From positions 140,262 through 204,261 of the forward strand of contig JBHJGQ010000004.1 in the NCBI GenBank assembly GCA_050331595.1: a stretch of DNA of 64,000 bases, in the 5' to 3' direction. Source of the stretch: Opitutales bacterium (GTDB lineage Bacteria; Verrucomicrobiota; Verrucomicrobiia; Opitutales; JBHJGM01). Every line of letters begins with the position of its first letter. Within the stretch, counting starts at the first letter, position 1. The notes under the pieces are model-generated. The model was not told the origin of the DNA. It did no database searches and was given only the letters and a program-made list of their open reading frames with translations. Below, piece by piece: positions 8,992 to 16,847 of this stretch. Position numbers and translations under genes: made by a program.

Positions 8992-9639
8992 ATGTATTTA
9001 CCCGTTCAGATCAAAATTTGTGGCATCACCAATTCCAGTGATTTATCGCAGGCGCTGTCATTGGGCGCGGATTATATCGGGCTCAATGTGTACGCGGGTT
9101 CGCCGCGACGGGTCGGCTTGGAGGATGTCGGGCGCCTGCTCGAGCAGATTCCCGAAGGCAAGCGGGTGCTGGTGGACGTGTCCACGCCGACGGAGGAACT
9201 GGAGCGCTACGCGCGTGAACTTTCGTTCGACTATTTTCAGATTCACTTCGAGCCGGAAGTGTCACTGGCCACGGTCTCGGCCTGGGCCGGGCTGGTTGGC
9301 CAGGAGCGGCTGTGGCTGGCACCGCGCGTTCCGCCCGGCGAACCGTTTCCGGAACTGGCGCTGGAGTTTGCCGACACGCTGCTGATCGATGGCTATCATC
9401 CCGATCAGTTTGGCGGCACGGGCAAGACCGGTGACTGGTCGGCCTTCGCGCAGTTGCAAGAACGTTTTCCGACCAAGACGTGGATTCTGGCTGGCGGTCT
9501 GACACCGGACAACGTCAAGGAGGCGCTCTCGCAGTCCTTTGCCCAGGTGGTCGACGTCTGCAGTGGCGTGGAGGCGCAGCCGGGGCTGAAGGACGAGGTG
9601 ATGCTGCGGGCGTTCTTCGACCAGGCGCAGGGTGACTGA
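8992..9639 (+). CDS. trpF: Phosphoribosylanthranilate isomerase
   Basis: ATG 8992 gives 'MYLPVQIKICGITNSSDLSQALSLGADYIGLNVYAGSPRRV'. Also 'GGTGKTGDW' and 'ILAGGLTPDNV'. Confidence 0.87.
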   Translation: MYLPVQIKICGITNSSDLSQALSLGADYIGLNVYAGSPRRVGLEDVGRLLEQIPEGKRVLVDVSTPTEELERYARELSFDYFQIHFEPEVSLATVSAWAGLVGQERLWLAPRVPPGEPFPELALEFADTLLIDGYHPDQFGGTGKTGDWSAFAQLQERFPTKTWILAGGLTPDNVKEALSQSFAQVVDVCSGVEAQPGLKDEVMLRAFFDQAQGD

Positions 9640-9737
9640 ACCGACCCGGCAAGCCAAAGCGCTTGCTCGTAGGCGAGGGTACCGGCTACAGTCCCGGCAT
9701 GCCCTTGACTGAAGCTACCCCGCCTCTTCACTTCCGC

Positions 9738-9759
9738 ACGTCGGCCGAGCGGCCGACGT
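9738..9759. promoter_or_regulatory. Perfect 22-bp palindrome upstream of sulfatase A (operator or terminator hairpin)
   Basis: ACGTCGGCCG-AG-CGGCCGACGT, two 10-bp arms, followed by CCGTTTGAGG. It lies 32 nt before ATG 9791 and 99 nt after the trpF stop. Confidence 0.35.
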
Positions 9760-9790
9760 CCGTTTGAGGCTCAACGGCAAGCCCTTTGCA

Positions 9791-11182
9791 ATGAGCCGTC
9801 CGAATATCCTCTTGGTCCTGTGCGACCAGCTGCAGGTCTTCATGTTGGGGTGCTACGGCAACGGGTTTGTGCGTACGCCCAACCTCGACCGCCTTGCGCA
9901 CAGCGGGGTGCGCTTCGAGACGTCAATGTGCGTCTTTCCGGTGTGCATGGCCTCGCGTTCTTCGCTGCTGGCGGGGCAGTTCAATCGCACCTGCACCGGG
10001 GGCATTGGCAACGTGGCTTATCCGAGCTTTCCGGGGAACTTCAACATGCCGGAGTACCCCTTTACCGACCGTCCGCACCTGCCCGACACGACGCTGCCAG
10101 AAAGCCTGCAGACAGCGGGTTATCACACCGCGGCCATTGGCAAGTGGCACATTCACAGCTGGCCGCACGACATCGGCTTTGACGAGTACGTCATCCCGCG
10201 CGTGCATCACTGCCACAGCGCCCAGCACTACTGTGAGAACGGAGGTCCGGAGTTCGTCCCGGAGGGCTGGAGCCTGGACTTTGAAGTGGAGCGGGCGGGG
10301 CGCTTTTTCCGCGAGCGCGAGGACTCGCAGAAGCCGTTCTTTCTGTATTTCAACATTTCGCCGCCGCACTGCCCCGTGGCCGACATACCGGAGTCGTTTC
10401 GCACGATGTACGAGCCGGCCGAAGTGCCCTTTCGGGCAAACGTCGACCCCGCAGTGATCGAGCGCGAGGACTGGCACTATCAGGCCAGCGTACTGCGCCA
10501 CGACTTTCGTTACTATGGACTTGGGCTGCCCTGCACGCAGACCTTGCCGGAGGGCTACGACCTGCGGGCGCTCACGGCCGAATACATGGGAGCGGTCAGC
10601 TGGGTGGACGATGCGGTGGGGCGCCTGCTTGATCACCTCGAGCACAGCGGCCTGGCCGAAAACACGCTCGTCGTCTTCAGCTCGGACCACGGGGAGTTCA
10701 TGGGCAGCCACGGGCGTTTTCAGAAAGGGGCACCGCACGATGAAAGCGCACGCGTGCCCTTGCTGATGCGCTGGCCGGGTCACTATCCGGCTGAAGCGGT
10801 GCGCACGCCCGTGGTCTCGCTGCTCGACCTTGCGCCGACGCTGTTGACGGCGGCGGGCGCGCCGGTTCCGGATTCGATGGTGGGCGAGAGTCTGGATGCC
10901 TTGGCCCGCAGCGACGGGCACAGGCTGCGGGATGACTTCCGGATCGTCGAGAGTTCAAGCGGTGCGGCCATCCGCACGCGGGAGCATCTCTATGCCGCTG
11001 AGTTTACGGAGGACCGAAGCGGGTTTAAGCCCGAGCCCTCCCTGTTTGTAAACAACCTCAAGGATCCGCTGCAGCAGCACAACCTGGCGGGCACGGGTGC
11101 CGAGGCCGAGGTGGCGGCCACCTTGCGTCAACGCCTTGAGATCTTTCACTCGCAAACACCCTGGATGGGCTCCTATAAATGA
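9791..11182 (+). CDS. Sulfatase family protein (sulfatase A), no signal peptide
   Basis: 'MSRPNILLVLCDQL' starts directly in the sulfatase fold. Active-site region 'FPVCMASRSSLLAGQ' has C-x-A-x-R instead of C-x-P-x-R. Also 'VVFSSDHGEFMGSHG'. The stop overlaps the next gene's ATG (ATGA, 11179-11182). Confidence 0.87.
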   Translation: MSRPNILLVLCDQLQVFMLGCYGNGFVRTPNLDRLAHSGVRFETSMCVFPVCMASRSSLLAGQFNRTCTGGIGNVAYPSFPGNFNMPEYPFTDRPHLPDTTLPESLQTAGYHTAAIGKWHIHSWPHDIGFDEYVIPRVHHCHSAQHYCENGGPEFVPEGWSLDFEVERAGRFFREREDSQKPFFLYFNISPPHCPVADIPESFRTMYEPAEVPFRANVDPAVIEREDWHYQASVLRHDFRYYGLGLPCTQTLPEGYDLRALTAEYMGAVSWVDDAVGRLLDHLEHSGLAENTLVVFSSDHGEFMGSHGRFQKGAPHDESARVPLLMRWPGHYPAEAVRTPVVSLLDLAPTLLTAAGAPVPDSMVGESLDALARSDGHRLRDDFRIVESSSGAAIRTREHLYAAEFTEDRSGFKPEPSLFVNNLKDPLQQHNLAGTGAEAEVAATLRQRLEIFHSQTPWMGSYK

Positions 11183-12168
11183 CCAAAACAATGACATCTC
11201 GTGAACGCGTAGCCGCAGTGCTACGCCGGGAAAAGCCCGACCGCACGCCACTGTACGGCTGGGTCAAGTTGAACCTGCGCGAGCCGATTGCGGCGGCCTA
11301 CGGGTCGGTGGAAGCCTTTGAAGATCATTTCGCTTTTGATCTGGAGCACCTCTTTCCGAACGGCCTGGCCCCCTATTGGGGTAATCGACTGGATGCGATG
11401 CGCGAGACGGTGGGCGAGAGTGATCTGACTCCGGAGCATCTGCTGGAGGTCGAGCTGTCCGATCCGAATCTGTCCGCGCCCTACGCCCGGCTGAAGGAGC
11501 AGATTGAAGCCTGTCACGGCAAAGAGCGCTTTGCCTACGTGCAGACACCCGGGATCTTCGAGTGCCTCAATCAGGCGTTTGGGATCGAGAATCACCTCTG
11601 TTACCTGCTCGAGTACGCCGATGAACTGCAGGAGGTCTATGCCCGGCAGGCAAAGTGGAATCAGACCGTGGCGAATAACCTCATCGATCTCGGCGCGGAT
11701 ATGATACACGTTTCCGATGACTGGGGGTCGCAGGACAGTTTATTGTTCAGCCCGGAGATATGGCATAGCCTGATAGCGCCCCATCACCGTTCCACGGCGG
11801 AGGCGGTGCGTTGTCGCGGCGCCTTTTTGAGTTTGCACAGCGACGGCTATATCTGGCCCGTTCTGGCCGAGACAGCGGCGATGGGTTATCAGTTGGTGCA
11901 TCCCTTTCAGGAGTCTGCCGGGATGGATTGGAGGGCCTACCGCCAGGACTTCGCGGACTCTTTCAGCATCATGGGCGGGATGTGTGTGCAGACAACGGTT
12001 GGCTTCGGCGATCTGGCAAAGGTTGAGGCCGAGTTGAAACGCGTTTTTGAGCTTATGGGAGCAACGCCCTGGATTTGCTGTACCTCACACTTCGTCCAGT
12101 CCCACTGCAGCATCGAGGAACTGACACGAACCTTCGAGATCGCGCGCGACCTGGCCAATGCGGGTTGA
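11179..12168 (+). CDS. URO-D/MtaA-type (uroporphyrinogen decarboxylase family) methyltransferase-like protein 1
   Basis: 'MTSRERVAAVLRREKPDRTPLYGWV' is the N-terminus typical of MtaA/CmuA-like URO-D family proteins. Also 'DLGADMIHVSDDWGSQ' and 'LSLHSDGYIW' (no HxC zinc motif). Confidence 0.78.
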   Translation: MTKTMTSRERVAAVLRREKPDRTPLYGWVKLNLREPIAAAYGSVEAFEDHFAFDLEHLFPNGLAPYWGNRLDAMRETVGESDLTPEHLLEVELSDPNLSAPYARLKEQIEACHGKERFAYVQTPGIFECLNQAFGIENHLCYLLEYADELQEVYARQAKWNQTVANNLIDLGADMIHVSDDWGSQDSLLFSPEIWHSLIAPHHRSTAEAVRCRGAFLSLHSDGYIWPVLAETAAMGYQLVHPFQESAGMDWRAYRQDFADSFSIMGGMCVQTTVGFGDLAKVEAELKRVFELMGATPWICCTSHFVQSHCSIEELTRTFEIARDLANAG

Positions 12169-12226
12169 TCTAAATGCAGGCGGCGTTGTGCCTTGGGGCG
12201 ATGGGCCAACCCTCGGCGACTGGACT

Positions 12227-13888
12227 TCAAGGCAGCGCCAGGTGCTCGAGGTAGGTGTCTTCGAAGTCCGGCAACTGGTTTAGCTCGAGCAGGGTGGTGT
12301 TGTGGCGAAAGCGCTCAAGTTCATCCACCAAGGCAACGTCGAGCAGACAAAGGTAGGTGCCCCCCAGCGATGTGTTGCCGACGACCTCGATCTGGCCTTC
12401 ACGGAAGCCTGGCAACAGCCCGCAGGCCAGCGCGCACGAGACGTTGAGGTTCCGTCCAAAGCCCCCGGCCAGGTAAAGCGTTTCGATGTCTTCTGGCTTG
12501 AGTGAAGCTGATTGCAAGAGCAGGTCGATACCGGCGGCAATGGCGGCCTTGGCCTGAAGCAGGCTGGCGATGTCGGCTTCGGAGATGTGAAGTGGCAGTG
12601 TGGCTTCCGGGTTAAGGCGAAGGGCTCGGCCCCATTGGGTCTGAGTCCGTTGGGCCGGCTGGAGGTGATCCCATGCATTCGGCTCGAAACGCCCGTACTG
12701 GTTCAACAATCGGCCCTGGCGAGCCACGGCCAGGAAATCCAAGTAGGCTGAACCACAGACACCCGCGGCCTGTTTGGCAGGCTTGGCCCCGATGGTCTTG
12801 AGCACGAACGCCCCGCCCTCCGGGGATGCGGCGATCTCGCTGATGGCTCCCTCGACGGCCCGGGTGCCACAGTCCAGTCCTGCGCCCTCGAAGGCCGGGC
12901 CCGCCGCCGTCGCGCAGGCCAGGCGTTCTTGCGGGGTCTGGAGCACGATTTCGCCATTGGTGCCGATGTCGACCAGGAGGCTGGGCCGTTGGCGGTAGGG
13001 CAAGCCAAGCGCAGCCAGTCCGGCGTTCAGATCCGCCCCGACGTAGGGGCCCAACCCCGGCAGCAGGTGTACGGGGAAAGGGTCGGCGCCGTCTTCGAGG
13101 ACCAGTCCAAGCGTATCGGAAAAATGGATACGATGCTCTAGGAAGACCGGCTGGAAAGGGGCGATTCCCAGCGGGGTCGGGTCGATGCCCGCGAGCAGAT
13201 GGAGCATGACCGTATTGGCCGCGACCGCCATGCCGGCCAGGGACCCGGCCGGCAGCGAGGCCCGGCGCATCAGTTGGCGCAGCAAAGGCACGAGGGTCTC
13301 CTCGCCCAGGCTGCGTTGCAACTGGCCAAGAGCAGCGGGGGACTTCCCAGCGTACTCGATGCGGGTGAGGACATTGTCGCCAAAGCGCACTTGTGCGTTC
13401 AACGCGCTGGCTCGGTCCACGATGCGTCCATCGCGCAAATCGACCAGCAGAACCGCCACGGTGGTGGTGCCCAGGTCGACGGCGAATGCATGCGTTTTCA
13501 CCTCGACCTGCTCAAAGAGTGGATTTTGCCCGGCGGAGACTTTCAGGACGAAGGCGTCTTCGATCCTGGGCGAATGCGCCAGCAGCGAACGCCTGGGCAC
13601 GTGCACGACGACTGCTTCGCCCGCGGTGGCGTGCAGCTGACATTCGCAGGCAGGCAGCGTTTGGGTCGCGTGCTGGAGGTTGCCCTTGTGCCGCAGGGTG
13701 CCGGCCCGCAGTTCGACGGCGCATCCCTGGCACAGCCCGCGTCCGGCGCAGCGGGTGTTCAGCGCATAACCGGCGCGGGCGAGAAGAGCATCCAGCCGGG
13801 TTTCGCAATCCTCGGGCGCGACCCGAAGCGTAGCCGGCGGGCGATCCGGCAGGTCCAGCGTGAGTCGAATGGAGGCAGGCTCGCTCAC
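12227..13888 (-). CDS. Reductive activator of corrinoid enzymes (RACE/RamA-RACo-like): N-terminal [2Fe-2S] ferredoxin + ASKHA ATPase (DUF4445)
   Basis: Ferredoxin cysteines 'RCAGRGLCQGCAV...LPACEC'. ASKHA phosphate motifs 'AVDLGTTTVAVLLVDL' and 'LLVDIGTNGEIVL'. GTG start overlapping the DUF1638 stop (GTGA). Confidence 0.85.
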   Translation of the reverse strand: MSEPASIRLTLDLPDRPPATLRVAPEDCETRLDALLARAGYALNTRCAGRGLCQGCAVELRAGTLRHKGNLQHATQTLPACECQLHATAGEAVVVHVPRRSLLAHSPRIEDAFVLKVSAGQNPLFEQVEVKTHAFAVDLGTTTVAVLLVDLRDGRIVDRASALNAQVRFGDNVLTRIEYAGKSPAALGQLQRSLGEETLVPLLRQLMRRASLPAGSLAGMAVAANTVMLHLLAGIDPTPLGIAPFQPVFLEHRIHFSDTLGLVLEDGADPFPVHLLPGLGPYVGADLNAGLAALGLPYRQRPSLLVDIGTNGEIVLQTPQERLACATAAGPAFEGAGLDCGTRAVEGAISEIAASPEGGAFVLKTIGAKPAKQAAGVCGSAYLDFLAVARQGRLLNQYGRFEPNAWDHLQPAQRTQTQWGRALRLNPEATLPLHISEADIASLLQAKAAIAAGIDLLLQSASLKPEDIETLYLAGGFGRNLNVSCALACGLLPGFREGQIEVVGNTSLGGTYLCLLDVALVDELERFRHNTTLLELNQLPDFEDTYLEHLALP

Positions 13889-14679
13889 GTCGATCGCTTG
13901 CCTGGGCGTGCCTCGACGATCTGTTCGTGAGCCACGGGAACAATCGACTGACCCGGCTCAACGATCAGAAACCGCTGGCGGTCCCAGCGTCCGGCCAGCA
14001 GATCCTGAAGCAGTTGGGGCTCGCCTTTGAGGTGCATGAAGTCCCAACCCATGCTGTCGGCACAGCGGCGAGTGTACCGCGGGCCCCACTGCGGGTCGCT
14101 GGCGTCGCCCAAATCGGGAAACTCCACATGGGCGGCTTTGCGCACGTGGGCAAGGGCGGCCCGTTCGGTTTCGATGAGAAACTCGATATCTTCGGTGTCG
14201 TCGAACTTTTCTGCGTACGCCTCGCGCAGCCGTTCAAACTTTTCGTGGCAAGGGACCCGTCCGCCTCGGTTCCACCCCGGCGAATACCAGTACAAATCGG
14301 GGTGTGCCTGGCGCAACGTCTCGTAGCGTTCACGGCTGCCGAGCAAGAGCGTGATGCAGTCGTGCGCGCGCGGCAGAACCAGACGGCAGCGATGTGCGGA
14401 CAGCCCGCTCAGCCCATTGCCGCAAAGCCCGTAAGCCAGGACGATGGCCTGGGCGCTGGTCTGCGCCTCGATCACATCGATGGTTGCCTGCAGCCTGGCG
14501 CGCAGCTGCTCGGGTCGATCATGCAGGCCCATTTCCAGCAGGCAGAGCTCGACCACCGCCGGGATGGTCTGGCCTTGCAGAAAGTAGCGGACCTCTGCCT
14601 CGAAGACATCGCACGCCACCACGGCCAGAGGCGCGTCGGTGCCGTCTTCGCGGATTGGCGGGTGAGTGGTCTCAGCCAT
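13885..14679 (-). CDS. DUF1638 domain protein (corrinoid-system associated, function unknown)
   Basis: Internal ATG at 14679 gives 'MAETTHPP...LAVVACDVFEAEVRYF...LAYGLCGNGLSGL...LPRAHDCITLLLGS'. The first 144 codons of the track ORF overlap the upstream gene and were discarded. The start overlaps the upstream stop by 8 nt (ATGGCTGA). Confidence 0.72.
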   Translation of the reverse strand: MAETTHPPIREDGTDAPLAVVACDVFEAEVRYFLQGQTIPAVVELCLLEMGLHDRPEQLRARLQATIDVIEAQTSAQAIVLAYGLCGNGLSGLSAHRCRLVLPRAHDCITLLLGSRERYETLRQAHPDLYWYSPGWNRGGRVPCHEKFERLREAYAEKFDDTEDIEFLIETERAALAHVRKAAHVEFPDLGDASDPQWGPRYTRRCADSMGWDFMHLKGEPQLLQDLLAGRWDRQRFLIVEPGQSIVPVAHEQIVEARPGKRST

Positions 14680-15700
14680 CGAGGGCAGCGTTGAGCATGG
14701 CGCGGTAGTTTTCAATCGGCACGTAATCCGGGACGGAATTTCCGGTGCCCACGGCGTAGCCGCCCCGCTGTGCCGAACGCTCGACCATGCTCCGGGCGCG
14801 GCGGTAAACCTCCTCAGGCCGGCTGCGGCAGACGTAATCCATGTCGAGGCCGCCCAGGACTGCCAGGCGCGGGTGCAGGCGTTCGTAGGCGTCTTCCACG
14901 GGGCAAATGGCATCTTCGTAAGAGTGTTTGCCGTCCGCCTGGATGTCGTCGACCACGTCGTCCCAGACTTCATCAAGGTTTCCGCACGAGTGCAGGATAA
15001 CCGGTCGCCCGCACTGGTGGGCCATGCTCGCCATTCGCTTGTGCCAGGGAAAGATGTACCGGCGCAGGTCGGCGGGCGAGAGCATGGTCTGTGTCCTGTA
15101 GCCCCAATCATCGTTTTGAATGATTGCCCCTACGCTCTCGCAGGCGAGGGCCAGCTCGTAGTGGCGGACGAGCCGCCGGCCCACTTCGTCGGTGACCGCC
15201 TGAACCAGCTCGGGGTCCTCCAGGGTCAACAGGCACAGGTCCTCGAAGCCCACGACCTTGATCAGGTTTTCGAGCACGCCGCAGTTGGCCGGGACGACAA
15301 ACTTCATGCCATCGGGCAGTTCGCTGGCCAGCTCATCGATGATTTCAAAGGCCTGCTCGTTGACCTCGGGCCAGGTCAACTGATCCAGGTCGTCCCAGTC
15401 TTTGACCACGCCACCTTCATTGGCCGAGTACGATTCCATCTCGGCCTGATCGCCCAGGCTGAAGTGGATGAAGGGCGGCCACGCCGGGTGCACGACGGCG
15501 AAGTCATAGCCGGCCGCGGCAAAGAGCTCGATCCAGGCCTGCAGCTGAGCTTTGGGGTCATCGGGCGGTGGTGGCGCGATGTCGTAGTGCGGAAAAAGCG
15601 CTTCGCAGAGAATGAACTCAAAGAGGGTGGGACGGCTGGGCGCCTTGCGCTGCAGGACGGCCAGCAGATTGGCAAAGTCAGGTTCTCGAGGGGCCCTCAT
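14672..15700 (-). CDS. URO-D/MtaA-type methyltransferase-like protein 2 (HxC zinc motif present)
   Basis: ATG 15700 gives 'MRAPREPDFANLLAVLQRKAPSRPTLFEFIL'. 'GRPVILHSCGNLDEV' matches the H-x-C zinc-ligand motif of MtaA/MtbA-type enzymes. ATGA overlap with the upstream GTPase gene. Confidence 0.78.
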   Translation of the reverse strand: MRAPREPDFANLLAVLQRKAPSRPTLFEFILCEALFPHYDIAPPPPDDPKAQLQAWIELFAAAGYDFAVVHPAWPPFIHFSLGDQAEMESYSANEGGVVKDWDDLDQLTWPEVNEQAFEIIDELASELPDGMKFVVPANCGVLENLIKVVGFEDLCLLTLEDPELVQAVTDEVGRRLVRHYELALACESVGAIIQNDDWGYRTQTMLSPADLRRYIFPWHKRMASMAHQCGRPVILHSCGNLDEVWDDVVDDIQADGKHSYEDAICPVEDAYERLHPRLAVLGGLDMDYVCRSRPEEVYRRARSMVERSAQRGGYAVGTGNSVPDYVPIENYRAMLNAALDG

Positions 15701-16842
15701 GGTTGAGACAGATCGGCGGATTGCGCCCTTTCCCGGGAAGCAAAGCGGTGTGTGGGTTGAGGGGCCGCCGGCCGAAAGGCTGCCATCGCCTTCAGCTCGA
15801 AACGCACGCCTGCTCCGGCTTGCGACGACTGGAGCTGTGCCTGCAGGTGAGTGCGCAAAACCTGTGGCGAGGTGAGGGCGCGCACGTTGATTTCGAGCAG
15901 GGCTTCGCCCGGGGACATCCGGGCCCGTCCATGGTCGCGCTGTTGGGTGAAGTCGGCCCGACGGTCGATCCGGTTCAGACGAAGGCATTGGGCACGTGTG
16001 GCCAGATAGGCCTTGGCGTGGGCAATCTCGGCACCTTCGGCGAGCAGGCAGGCTATCAGCCGGGCAAAGAAGGCGCGTCCGTGGGCCAGGCCGTCGCTGT
16101 CACTTTTGGCTTTCAGGCCGACGGTGGCGTTGAGCCAGCCCAGCATCCCCTCGCCTTCGGCGTAGACTTCGTAGTCGACCTCGGGCATTCGCAGGCCAGG
16201 CGTAGCTGCGGGATCCGTCACCTGATTGAGCCATCGGTCGATGCCTTCGCCAGTCACCGTGGAGATCGTTTGCACGTGTCGGTCGGGAAACTCAGCGCGG
16301 AGCTTGTGGGTGAGGTTGCGCAGGAGGACGGGGTCGTGACGGTCGGCCTGGCTGAGCAACAGACAGTCGGCCTCCTCCAGTTGCTTGCGAAAGATGTAGA
16401 AGACCGATTCGGGAAAGGGTCGCTCTCCCAGCGGGCCGGTGAGCCGGGCCAGACGGGCCGGGTCGACCAACGCAGTGGCCGGCGCCACGGCGTAGCGGTC
16501 GGCAAAGTAGGTGCGCAAAGGTGCCGCAACCGTGGCGACCAAATCGGTACAACTGCCCACCGGCTCACACAAAAAGTAGTCCGGCGCCACCGCCTCGCCC
16601 AGCTGCTGCAGGGCTTGCAAAAGCGTATCGAACTTGCAGCAGAAGCATCCGCCACTGACTTCGCCTACCCGAAACCCGGCGGCTTCGAGCGTGGCGGTGT
16701 CGACCAGGTTCATCGCCTGGTCGTTGGTGATCAGGCCCACGCGCTGACCCCGCGCCGCCAGGCGCGTGGCGGCCGAGGCGAGCAAACTGGTTTTGCCCGC
16801 GCCAAGAAAGCCGCCAACGAGAATGAAGCGGGGCAGAGCCAC
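15697..16842 (-). CDS. COG0523/CobW-like G3E P-loop GTPase (putative metallochaperone)
   Basis: 'FILVGGFLGAGKTSLL' (Walker A) and 'VSGGCFCCKF' (the GCxCC motif of COG0523). The best start is GTG 16842, 6 nt after the upstream stop. The Arg/Pro-rich N-terminal 150 aa of the track ORF was rejected. Confidence 0.72.
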   Translation of the reverse strand: MALPRFILVGGFLGAGKTSLLASAATRLAARGQRVGLITNDQAMNLVDTATLEAAGFRVGEVSGGCFCCKFDTLLQALQQLGEAVAPDYFLCEPVGSCTDLVATVAAPLRTYFADRYAVAPATALVDPARLARLTGPLGERPFPESVFYIFRKQLEEADCLLLSQADRHDPVLLRNLTHKLRAEFPDRHVQTISTVTGEGIDRWLNQVTDPAATPGLRMPEVDYEVYAEGEGMLGWLNATVGLKAKSDSDGLAHGRAFFARLIACLLAEGAEIAHAKAYLATRAQCLRLNRIDRRADFTQQRDHGRARMSPGEALLEINVRALTSPQVLRTHLQAQLQSSQAGAGVRFELKAMAAFRPAAPQPTHRFASRERAQSADLSQP

Positions 16843-16847
16843 GGCGG

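Noticed and set aside
7565-8992. 475-aa ORF antisense to the cobA-hemD gene. Similar long antisense ORFs occur at 24649-26490 (613 aa), 28445-30292 (615 aa), 31261-33186 (641 aa), 46742-48976 (744 aa), 54113-55702 (529 aa), 5743-6567, 9923-10921, 14666-15706, 15703-16947 and 20970-21953.
   Set aside because: These are shadow ORFs of the kind expected in GC-rich DNA. They have Arg/Gly/Ala/Pro/Val-rich low-complexity translations and no recognisable motifs. Each lies exactly opposite a gene with strong family signatures.
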